DNA from: Octopus bimaculoides
Lineage: Eukaryota
Reading direction: 5' to 3'
Assembly (NCBI RefSeq): GCF_001194135.2
Contig: NC_068982.1
Location: 113,794,889 to 113,858,888, forward strand
Length of the DNA stretch: 64,000 nt
The position numbers and the translations under genes are program-made. The notes beneath the pieces were generated by a model, which did not search any database, was not told where the DNA came from, and worked only from the letters and a program-made list of their open reading frames with translations. This document shows positions 48,406 through 60,043 of the stretch, one piece after another; position 1 is the first letter of the stretch, and each line of letters starts with the position of its first letter.

Positions 48406-49439
48406 CTAGCAGAAATACCCGGCTTTGCCCGGGTTAAAGAGAATAATGAAATCTAAAAACGCCGTCTAGACTACGCAACCCTCAACTGTTAGTGGCTACG
48501 ATACCATATTTCTACATTAATAACTCTCCAATCCATGCCAGCATGGAACATAGACATTAAGTGGAATGCCAGTCTCTCATATAGGAGGGCCTTGAAATCA
48601 ATGTTACCAACTGGGGACTATGTGTGTCGCAGTGATAATAAAAAGACCCAAAGGAGGTCTGCAATGAAATAATTTTACTCAACACTTTGCAAGTGAATCA
48701 GTAGAGGCATTTACTTGACAATTTNNNNNNNNNNNNNNNNNNNNNNNNNNNNNNNNNNNNNNNNNNNNNNNNNNNNNNNNNNNNNNNNNNNNNNNNNNNN
48801 NNNNNNNNNNNNNNNNNNNNNNNNNNNNNNNNNNNNNNNNNNNNNNNNNNNNNNNNNNNNNNNNNNNNNNNNNNNNNNNNNNNNNNNNNNNNNNNNNNNN
48901 NNNNNNNNNNNNNNNNNNNNNNNNNNNNNNNNNNNNNNNNNNNNNNNNNNNNNNNNNNNNNNNNNNNNNNNNNNNNNNNNNNNNNNNNNNNNNNNNNNNN
49001 NNNNNNNNNNNNNNNNNNNNNNNNNNNNNNNNNNNNNNNNNNNNNNNNNNNNNNNNNNNNNNNNNNNNNNNNNNNNNNNNNNNNNNNNNNNNNNNNNNNN
49101 NNNNNNNNNNNNNNNNNNNNNNNNNNNNNNNNNNNNNNNNNNNNNNNNNNNNNNNNNNNNNNNNNNNNNNNNNNNNNNNNNNNNNNNNNNNNNNNAGTGA
49201 AAGTATTTGACACGAGTGTTTTTGTTTCACTTTTGACACGTAATACTTAAATAGTGGAGGAGATATTATGTTGCCGTGGGCTCGAACTCTGCAAGAAGTT
49301 AAAATATTTTTGACTAAAACACAACTGGAACCCTAAGTAAGGCATCTGTAAAATTTGAATGAAATTGGTTCCGTAGTTCTCGAGTTTTAGGGATTCACAC
49401 AGACAGACAGACACACATTCTCATTTTTATATATATAGA
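48406..49439 (-). mobile_element. Non-autonomous Helitron (gap inside)
   Basis: Minus strand A|TC 5' end (49439), CTAG|T 3' end (48406), and subterminal hairpin acccgg-ctttgc-ccgggt (48417-48434). (gtct)n microsatellite near the 5' end as in Lep1-type Helitrons. Confidence 0.85.
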
Positions 49440-49559
49440 TATATATATACACGTGTGTGTGTGTGTGTACGCATGCACGCTTGTGCATACTTTATGAATT
49501 TGTATATATGAACACGTCTCCCTCGCCGGGCTCGTTGAGGTAAACTAACTTTATTCTAC

Positions 49560-49980
49560 TGTTGTTCTGAACAAAATATTCCTATGCCTGCGTCGACGAG
49601 ATTGTTAGCTCAATTGTGTCTTCTTTGTGAAGTCTGTTTACTTCCTGTCGAATTAATTCACAATCAGATTAGTTAAACTTTCGGTGTTTAGCAATTACAG
49701 ACTTTATATATGGCGACGGATTACAAAACTCTGTTTCAGGATCGATTTTTAATGAAGCCAAATTACAGACATTTAATTCCTCTAGCGGTGTAGTACCATG
49801 AAGATTTTTGCCTTGAGGTCTAGCTCACAATATTTCTTGATCAGCGTAGTCAATTTCACTGAAAACATCGATATCATATTCGTATAGCTTTTATTCGACC
49901 AACTTTCAGAACCTTCTGTGACAACATATCCTTTTAGTGTAGCTCTGCAAATTGTTAAGTCAATTAAAGCTTGCTTTCTT
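49560..49980 (-). pseudogene. Ty3/Gypsy pol fragment (protease-RT junction) with in-frame stops
   Basis: One frame reads LASLKIDPETEFCNPSPYIKSVIAKHRKFN*SDCELIRQEVNRLHKEDTIELTISSTQA*, like the Gypsy 'PIATKSRRYS...FIRQEV.RLL.EGIIE.S.SPW' segment. Confidence 0.7.
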
Positions 49981-49992
49981 TTAAAGTAGAAG

Positions 49993-50039
<47 letters not shown>

Positions 50040-51240
50040 AGCTGGGTCGGCACTAAACGTTTGGAAAAATTTCCTAAGGCGCTAAAATCTGGGGACGCTG
50101 TCGAAAATTCTAAACAACTTATACAAAATGTCTTAAATCCGACTAAAATCACGAAATTATTGCTATAAAGAGAGTAGGATAAGTCACTGCCAGAACAGAG
50201 GAGGATGGAGGACATAGAGTTGGGGCTGGTGTTATGGTTTTTCACATAATTTGGCATGAAACATTTAAAATGTTGCCAATTAACAGATTTTCTTGTTGAT
50301 AAGCATAATAATAATATTATAGATTTCTTGTGCGCAAGTTAATTACGATTTTCTAACTGAATATTTTCGGCTATGTAAAGAGGGTGATGACTGAAGAAAT
50401 TTGTGTAAGAAATTGTCAAAAGGAGGGTACAATGCAAGGATAGGAAAATGGGACACATTTTGTAAGGATGTGAAAAGTAGAGAATATTATTGGGTGAGGG
50501 GAAGGGGATTTACAGTATTTTAGAACTAGAAGGGGCTCGCATTGTAGGGTAGAAGAAAAGGTCCGCACACTATAGGACTGGCCTAGGGCTCGAAGTATCT
50601 TGGCATTGGCTCTGCATACAGGCTGGTTTGTGTCAGTTACTCAAGGGACATACCGGTTTAAAGTTGGTTCTATTTCAGTATAAGTTTCACTGACTCCTAC
50701 TGACAAAATTGTCACAGATAGCAGTTTGCAAAATATCTATAGCAGCTGTAAAATCTCGTGAAGTTTTATTGTCATTTTAAGACGAAATTATTACAATAAC
50801 CCATTTACTTCAACGTTTTAAATCACCGAAAAAAAAAATTCGGTTGCTTCTCCTTTTATATGAAAAAAATGTATACTCAATCAAGTCCCTGCCACTTATA
50901 TGTACATAACCTTTTATTACTTTACGCGGTCGTACTGGAACACCGCCTTCTTCAAGGGATTAATCAGTCATATCGAACCCAATACTTATATTTTGAAAAC
51001 TCTGATCCCTAGTTTATTGATTTGACGACCTATGTTACCTATAACCACGGTTTTAAAGCAGTGTATACATAAATACAGAAAAAAAGTAACAGAAATGTAC
51101 ACATACACCTTCTGTCATTGAGATCTCACACCTTGATCAAGCCATACCGTGCAGGTGTGAAGCAAACTTCATAACTACTCTACTATATTTGTACATATAC
51201 AGCGAAACGGACGTAGGTAATATGAGTTCATTTACGCAAG

Positions 51241-51547
51241 TATTGGTTTCAAATTTTGGTACAGGGCCAGCAATATCGGGAGAAGGGTTAAGTTCGCCTT
51301 AATATTTACGCAAAATAAATAAGGCGGTGAGATGGCAGAATCGTTAGCACGCTGGGGAAAATGCTTAGCGGCATTTCGTCCGTCTTAACGTTCTGAGTTC
51401 AAATTCCGCCGGGGTCGACTTTGCCTTTCATCTTTTTGGGGTCGATGAAATAAGCACAAGTTGAACACTGAGGTCGATGTAACCGGGTTGATTTAATCGA
51501 TTTAGCCCCTCCCCGAAATTTCTGGCGTTTTGCCAAAATTTGAAACC
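51241..51547 (+). mobile_element. SINE family A (51320-51547, ~17-bp TSD) preceded by an inverted tail fragment (51241-51295)
   Basis: TSD aatatttacgcaaaata (51301-51317) / aatatttacgcgaaata (51548-51564). tattggtttcaaattttgg is the reverse complement of the tail. Confidence 0.9.
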
Positions 51548-53547
51548 AATATTTACGCGAAATATTAAATGACAGAGAATTCGTAATGGTTAAGAGGTAG
51601 TCAGGACTATGATTTTATACCTATATGGATTAAACAAACGGGAGGATAATAAAGTTCAATTCAACATGGTTTTATGTTCTTCATTATAAAATGAGGTCCA
51701 TAGCGCAATATTTAAGCCACTCCACATTGAGAAGCTGCACTAAGAGCAGAATCATTCCTAGTTTTGACAATCACTTTATTCAGTAACACATTCTTTCTAA
51801 CACATAGTGACAGTCTCACCAATATGCAGTGTTATCTAGTTAGAATGAGACACTCGTAAGTAACGTTGTCACCATAGTTTTAAGCCAAATTGCTCTATGT
51901 TCATCTATCTTCCTTATATTTACTGTTTTGCAGTTTTTTTCGAACTCTTTCCATTTTGAAATAGGTTTAATGTTTTAATTTTTATTTCTCGAGACATTGA
52001 TTTCTTTTAACACTTAAAACTTTATTATTCAAACTCAAAAATATTTTCCAAAAGACATAAAATAGCTGTTGACGTGATAGGAATTTATAAACGATTACGA
52101 GACTGTGAAATATATATATATTGGAACAGTAGATCTTGAAGTACATAAGGCTATAAATAGCGTGTAAAAATGGGGTTAATAAAACTTTCGGATGGATAAA
52201 ATCGAAGGTCGCCCGTGGGACACAAATCCAGATCTGTAAACAGACAAGCATTCTACCCTTAGAAAAATGCAATCTTTCGAATTTCTGTATCAACTTGAGA
52301 AATTTTATTCTTGTGTGAACTGTATATGTTCACCTCATAAGAATTTATAAAAATTTACACCTTTGACTTTTTCTAACCATTGGGATTTTTCGCCCTAACA
52401 TTTACATGTTATTATTTATAGCTTTATATGCTGTGAAATCTACTGTTCAAAATAAAATAAAATAAAATAATCGTAATTTTTCTTGCAATGTAGAATCTAT
52501 GCCTAAATAAATTCTCTCGAGATTTACGTTCTGCTTGTCTGCGCTCTGTTGCTTCTTTGCAATGCGTTGTTATTGTCGCTCACTGAAACATTATCAGTAG
52601 TCTTTCAGTATCAAAGTCTGTTAGATTATGTTTAGGGAATTAGAACATCGCAGCATTTTGGGAGGTGATCAGAAATCGAATTTCCATCAACACGTGCTTC
52701 TTGCATTAACAATTATATTCCCCTGATTGAATTGTATATTGGTAGAAAATACGTTGATGTTCAATTTTCCATTTTCTTTTTTTCATTTTTGTCTCCTTGG
52801 CCGCGGAGGTACTTTTGAGTAAGATTTTGAATAGCTGACCACAAGGCTGCATCATTAGTATATGCTTCCTATAAATACAAGAATAGTCAGTCTTGTCTAG
52901 TAGAATTAGCTATGAGGCATATAAAGATCAATTTTATATGCCTTATAGCTATAAGTTCTACCCTTGAATATCCACTTGTAGTAAATGTATGTGCATTTGT
53001 GTACTGCGAAGCGTGAATGTATTAATTTTATAGAAAAGTTTCTTAAATAGTTTAGCTGTCCAAAGGACAATAAAGCGTTAAGAAATGAATGACCACAATC
53101 ATTTAAGTGAATATTAAACATGCGATTGCATTCCGTCTTCCATTCGTTTTTTAATGTCTATCTTTTCTATGTATGTCTGCGCGCGCGCATATGTATATTT
53201 TACATTTCACTCATTATCCACTATCATATGTGTAGTTACACACGCGATAGGTTTTAATGACACCACGCAAGAATGTAAAGCAGTTTGGAGAACTGGACAC
53301 TTAATTATTCAGAGAAGTTGTGTTGTCTATTGCTTCATCATTCCCATCTTAAATCAGGTAAAATATTACCGCTTTACTTCGATTTTTAAGAAACAACACA
53401 TTTTCATCTCATTTTTATTTATTTATTTATTAAATTCCGTGCAAATCGAAATTGATTGCTTCGTACATAAATTGCAATGAGGTTTGATGATACATATCTG
53501 CATTGTGAATAGGAAAGTGTAAAGTTTATTTCATTGATTATCGTTAT

Positions 53548-53582
<35 letters not shown>

Positions 53583-54089
53583 CACACATTGACTCTAAGT
53601 CTGTGTATTAGTTTTGTCTTCGTGAAGGCATGAATGTTACAGCTTCTTGGTAAGTCAACGAAAACAGTTGTCCTCTACACTAATAAGTGCACTTGAAATT
53701 CTCTAGCTCATTTATTGCCTAATGTAATGGATTTTTTAAAGATTATGTGATGTGGAAGAATTAATTTTATACTTATTTATTTTTCATTTAGAAAAATGGC
53801 TTCTGTCAATATAATATCTCACTACTCATTTATTATCTGATTAATTTTATGTGTACCCATGTGTAGCAAACAACGTAGTGCGTGAGTTAAATTGGTAGTA
53901 ATTTGTGACTGGGATACGGTTTCAATCTCACGTGAAACCAAAAGAATTAAAGTTACATTTCCAGCCCTCTCTTCTAAAATACAGAGTTTAATTAATAATG
54001 TCAAATATTATTAAATTCTATTTTTCGTCTCTCTCTAAAATTTATTAATGACAAAGATATATAACACTATCTCTCCCCTTCCTCTCTCT

Positions 54090-54124
<35 letters not shown>

Positions 54125-54337
54125 CTTACACAGCAAAGTATTTGAGACTCCTCATTCCGTCTCGTTTGTGTTGTGTAGTATTCGAGTCACTAGTTTGATG
54201 TTTCTGTAATATGCAATACATGCTGCAAATATTGTTCATATTGGGTCAGTAATCAGTTCTAATTTCTCACTGGTTCACAGAGAACTTAAAAATATTCTTG
54301 TGTGGGAAAATCTCGAAATATTTACAAAAAGTTTGTT

Positions 54338-54406
54338 TACATTATTTACATTTGACGGATATTGTAAATAATGTACATAATTCCTCATCTCTTAAATATA
54401 GAACTG
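54338..54406 (+). mobile_element. 69-bp family E tail insertion with 5' inversion and 12-bp TSD
   Basis: TSD aaaaagtttgtt at 54326-54337 and 54407-54418. The insert is entirely homologous to 22781-22850. Confidence 0.9.
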
Positions 54407-55475
54407 AAAAAGTTTGTTGTTAAGTCATTGTCATTGAAGGTGTCTGTAAACAATACAACAACCTGGTTTTGCTTTGTGCTGTATGTGGACTAATCTATAT
54501 TTCGTTTACTTACGAAACATTGATTGAAAGTCTGTGAGACCGTTAATACTTTTCAATTCTTTATATTCTATTTGTAACCGCATGGCTACGAAGCGGAGTT
54601 ATTCGAGAATTTTATCTTTTTTGTTGCATTATTTCCATAATAAGCAAGAACAAAGGTCATCAACAGCATTGGCCGATGATACAGTTGACTGAATCTAACC
54701 AACCTACAGTTTACGGTTAAAAAAAAACGTTGATTTTGTCCCTATAAAAATTCCAGTTTGACTTGCTGTTCACTTATGTGAAATCATCTTTGTTGATAGA
54801 CTTTCAAATTAGAATTAAAAAGTAATTTGGTGTCATTCTGTTTTAATCCTGCAGAAGAGGACTTATAAATTCATCTTTCGTAGATGAATTAAATAAGTCC
54901 CATTAACGTCCAGATTCAGCGAACATTTGGATATAAATTTTGTTGGTTGCTATTAAGTGTTCACTGTCAAGAAATCTACTTGACCGAAGTTTTGACATAG
55001 TTGACAATGACAGTTATAATACTGTAATAAAGTATACTAAATATTGGAGAAATAGAAGAGAGGGATATAGACGGCTGACTGATCTAATACATTATTGCTT
55101 TGTTGATCCACTTAATGCTTTTTTTTTTCTGTATTTGACAGTGTGTTCAACCTGGCTCAAACTAAAATGGAGTCACTCCATTTCAGTTTGATTATTTTGT
55201 ACCATTTTGTGCTATGATTACTGACTCAGTTTTATCTGAGTGATATATGATGTAAAATAGCTTTTAGTAATCCTATATTAGGCCATTAACGGCTTTATTT
55301 CTGTCATAGATAGCAGAGAATCTTCCAGAATTAGAAAATCGTGAGACATTCATTGAACGATAAAGGCTAAAGGATTTTCTGTAAAGAAGGCAACCTATTT
55401 TGTACAGTGTGTAGATTTAATTATCTTTCGTTTACATACGAAACAATTGTTTAAAATCTAAATGAGCTGGTCACG

Positions 55476-55598
55476 CAGTTTCCGTCTTCCAAATTCACTC
55501 ACAAGGTGTTGATCATCCCGGGGCATTTGCTCGAGGTGCCGCGCAGTGGGACGGAGCCTGAAACCAAGTGTTCTTAACCACACAGCCACACCTGCGCC
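55476..55598 (-). mobile_element. SINE family B 5' fragment
   Basis: cagtttccgtc...actcacaagg...aaccacacagccacacctgcgcc. Confidence 0.8.
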
Positions 55599-56960
55599 TA
55601 TCTGTAATTTTATTTCGAGTATATTTAACTCTCCTTTGTTTAAAATGTCATAAATAGTAAAGGAGAATACCAATCAGCTGAATGAATGCTTACAACAGGT
55701 TTACGAATTCATTCCTGTTTTCTTTTGGTTTCATGGCATTTCATATATTTTAGATGCATTTACGTTTAGGAAAATACGAAGTATTTATTTGCAATTAAGG
55801 TATCGTTTTATGTTTAGGAAGTTCACTTCCAAGTCACATTGTTTCTGATTCGAACCCACTATACAACACAGTATAGCTAGCTGGAAGCGATGTCTCCTGG
55901 GGCTAAATTACAGCAACATTCGTCCTAAACCAGGACTGCCAGGTTATGTTGGCAAAAATGTTCATATCCAATGTCTTACACAAGTTTTCTTTGTTTGCTG
56001 ATACCTTATCTAAGATATCATATAAAAGAGAAACTTGTTAGTTTCAAATATGAAACTATATTTAATGTTCGAAAGCTCAAGATTTGATTAAAACACTTGA
56101 ACATTGACTAGCCGGTCATGTACTTCTTGTGTAATATGTATACCATTTATTATAAACGGTATTTCACACTCTCAGGTATTTAAGTCACTGCTAGTTAGAT
56201 TTATTATGATTTAAGTCATCTCGTAATTGGAATCGTTTGTTGTCATTGGGTGTTTATCGGCAAAAAGAGACGTCGGTCTTTTGGTCATTTCATGGAAATA
56301 GTAAATATGATTTAAACAAATATTTTTACTCATAGTCCACTAACTACCTCTCCTACTATAGGTGTGCCTTGTATAATTAAATTTGATCACAGCCAGTCAT
56401 GCTTTCACCTCTGCTTATGAAGAACCAAAAGTAATGTTTTTATCCCGACTTTACTTTTGCCAAAAACCTGTCTCTCTGATGTCTTCCAGAGATCAATATT
56501 CTGCTTCCTCACTAGAATATACTGGATCGTGAGATAAATCACTTTTCGCGCGCGCACACACTCTAAGATATCCTGTCTAGATCCTACATTTACTGAAATA
56601 TTTAGTTATTCTCTCTTCAAGGCTGTTCTATCATTAAAAGGCGTCCAACCGCATGTGGATGTGAATATAAAATCCAACAAAACCCAAGTTACAGCGCTGA
56701 ACTTTACTGCTTCACTCATTGTGATAGATCACATGCTTTAGAAGCTTCCTAAGCTAAGCTAGCGGAGCTCACAAAGGCATCAAAGGTAGGCTGAGTTAAT
56801 TAACAGGTGCTCTCTCAAAACTTTCCATCCAGCCGCAAATCAAATGAATGCGGGTTAACAAATCAAATTACACTTTAACAACATCAGATTGATCTTCCAA
56901 TATGGCTCCAATTGTTGGCATTAGTTAAAAAGCAGCATGGAAAAGCTCAGGATAATTTGC

Positions 56961-57014
<54 letters not shown>

Positions 57015-58055
57015 TTGTTTGTGTGTGCTGTACTATATAGTTTTATAGACACTACTGAAGATCTACATGATTTCCAGTCCATGATATCAAACGAGCAGCC
57101 CTATATTAAAGCAGGCTGTACTAGTTTGGTGTTCGAAATTCACTCGCGAATATCTTAGGTCTCCAAAAGCTGGTTTATATTGTGTATATCTCAAATATCA
57201 GTAAAACGTATACGCTCGCCATAGTGCAAAATGGACGGCCCCAGGTAATCTAACTGAATTTATTATAACTTGAAGATGCCACCAAATGCAGAAAACTGTC
57301 TTAAATGAAAATGGATTATGCCAGTCTATGCACGTATTTGGATCGAGATAGTAATATCTTAGGTCAATTCAATCAATTGTATTCTGTTCTTGTATTTTTC
57401 TAATACTTAGTGTACTTTATTACAATCATGAAGCCGTTATTGTAAAATGTGAACCAAGATTGAGCTGGGTTCTTGAAAGTGAATATTTGATAGTAACTTA
57501 CGAAGCTGACACGCTATTTGGCCATTTGTGCCCTTTATTAATTTATGAGGTATTATTCATTGATATATGGTTTTATAAGGCTGCTTTTACAAGATTTGAA
57601 CTCAAATAATATGGCACCAGTTTATTTTTTCAATTTTAGTTAAAAGTCAACGCAAGTTTCAGAAGGTATCACGTTGTATTTAAGAGGTGATGTGGACAAC
57701 AGCATGTTAGTTTTGTATTTTGATAGGATGAGATCTAATGTTATTTAACAGTAAATTACTGGTTAGCTTTAGTAGGCTACATCATTCACCGATGCCGTTG
57801 ATAAAACTATTTCTTGCTTACTACGAAAATAATAGAAAAGAACCCTGTAAATCAATGTTTTCCTGGATGCTTGTAAGTAATGAATCTAGTCTTTAGCATT
57901 TTGACTTATCGCTAGATAAGTATTAAATGGCATTGATTACAGTTCAGGTCCCTTATGTAATTTATCAATAGATTTATTAGCTACTTGCTTGGTTAACATT
58001 TATTTTCCGCCTCCTTCGGACAGTTTATTTTGATTCCACGACAAATATAGTCATA

Positions 58056-58356
58056 GGCACAAGAATGGCTGTGTTGCTAAGGAATTCGCTTCGGAAACAC
58101 GAGGTTCTTTGTTCGAAACCACTTCGTAGCACCTTGTGTGTGTGTGTGTTTTCTACAGCGTTGGGTTGACCGATATATTGTGGGTGAAATTTGATTGGCT
58201 TTGTGTTTCTGTATCCATTTCAGTGTTATGTTGTGGCTCGTAACGAAGCGTTTCAACAGAAAGAGACCGATAAAATAAGTATCAAACTGAAATAATATAG
58301 TAATCGATATGGCCCAGCATAGCTACAGTTCAATAACTGAAACTCGTGAAAGAATA
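58056..58356 (+). mobile_element. SINE family B, decayed
   Basis: Collinear head, CORE and tail remnants. Confidence 0.7.
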
Positions 58357-58776
58357 AATTACCATTGTTTCAAATACCCACCTCTCTCCCTCCTAGTTTA
58401 CTTAATTATAAGGAAGAAATAAAATTTTGCAGCGAAAATGGGAAAATGTACATCCGAGGTTCCTTAGATACGCGTATTTACATTGACCTGGAATAAATTA
58501 AAAATGTATCGATCTTTTCATTAAATCGTATGTAAATACTTATTTAATTCTCTGTATTTCTATAATACTTTGTGTTGGAAGTGAGAAAACATTCCTTTAA
58601 AAATTATTTCTTGATTCTTTTACGTTCATACACATATACGCATTTATGTCTATGTATATTTTTATGTTAATTATCAAACGTTTATTCGACTAATTATTTC
58701 TATGTATTTATACGTTTATCACTTTTGAAAATAATTCACTTTTACATGGAATCGATCGAGAAGCAGAGTGACTCAC

Positions 58777-58814
<38 letters not shown>

Positions 58815-58815
<1 letters not shown>

Positions 58816-58944
58816 TGGATGTGTGGGCTAGTGGTTAGGGTGTTGTACTCACGATCGCAAAATCGTAGTTTCGATTCCCAGAGTGGCATTGCGTTCTGTA
58901 CTTGAGAAAAAACACTTAATTTCACAATTCTGCAGTCCACAACT
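58815..58944 (+). mobile_element. SINE family D 5' half
   Basis: ctagtggttagggtgttgtactcacgatc...gtttcgattccc...aacacttaatttcac. Confidence 0.7.
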
Positions 58945-59799
58945 GAAATAGATTTATTACAAAACTGGATTCAATGCATACGTACGTTCACTGACAAAAT
59001 TCCGTGCTGCATCACGGAATTTTGGCAGTGAACAGGTCGCGGCCTCAAAGCGACGAAAATATTTTGGCAACTTGAATTTAAATGTTGAAGTGAATCTAAC
59101 GGTTTTTGTGTGTTTCTTAAATAGCTTATAAACACATTCCACACTGCAATTGTTTTCGTTCCAGCACACGATCTCAGAACTGGTCGCTTGCTATGCAAAT
59201 ACATATCCGTAATATATATATATATATATATATATCGTTTTTCAATAATTTTATGTATACGTATAACTCTCTATGGCTTTTTTTCTGCTAGTGAAATTGT
59301 TACGTTGTACTCTACTAGGCACCCGTGGCCTTGTTTTCACTGTATTTCGTCTCGACCTTTTATTAATTTTTTAAACATATCCGTTAGATTCTTATGTTAT
59401 AGTTTTACTACACACATAGACTTGCATACACATTGATATGTCTTTCTTTTTCGTTTTCTTTTTTGTCGTCTCTCACTATTATTATTGTTAGCATTATTTT
59501 TCCCTTTCATAATTTTGTTTGCAAATTATCCGATTTTTCTTTATTGCCCCATCTGTGTTCTCTTATTGTATCTTGTTTTATTTTTATTTTTATTTTACTT
59601 TATTTTATTTCTTCTTATTAAACTTTTTTGATGTTCTCCAAAAGATTCCTCCCACTGATGAGAATGACAATACATACATTTAATTATAATTATAATTATA
59701 ATTATAATTACTATGATCAAAATTTTTTTCTTACATACTTGCATTGTTTTTTCTAAACGTACGTATGCATTGAATCCAGTTTTGTAATAAATCTATTTC
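58945..59799. mobile_element. 855-bp segment bounded by a perfect 44-bp inverted repeat
   Basis: 58945-58988 is the exact reverse complement of 59756-59799; no clear TSD. Confidence 0.75.
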
Positions 59800-59978
59800 T
59801 GATTCAACATCTTTTCTCCATTTTTTTAATACTTGTTTATGTTAAATTCTTATACCTATAACGAAACTTCTCAAATATTATTTTCATATTCTTATCACCT
59901 GCTTTGGCTGATTTTCAAGAATATGATGAATCTTTATTATTAGAAACCCTTTTTTCTCTCTTCTTAAACTTATTTTGT

Positions 59979-60039
<61 letters not shown>

Positions 60040-60043
<4 letters not shown>

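Noticed and set aside
57231-57244. caaaATGGACGGCCCCAG | gtaatc possible first coding exon
   Set aside because: Too short to support without transcript data.
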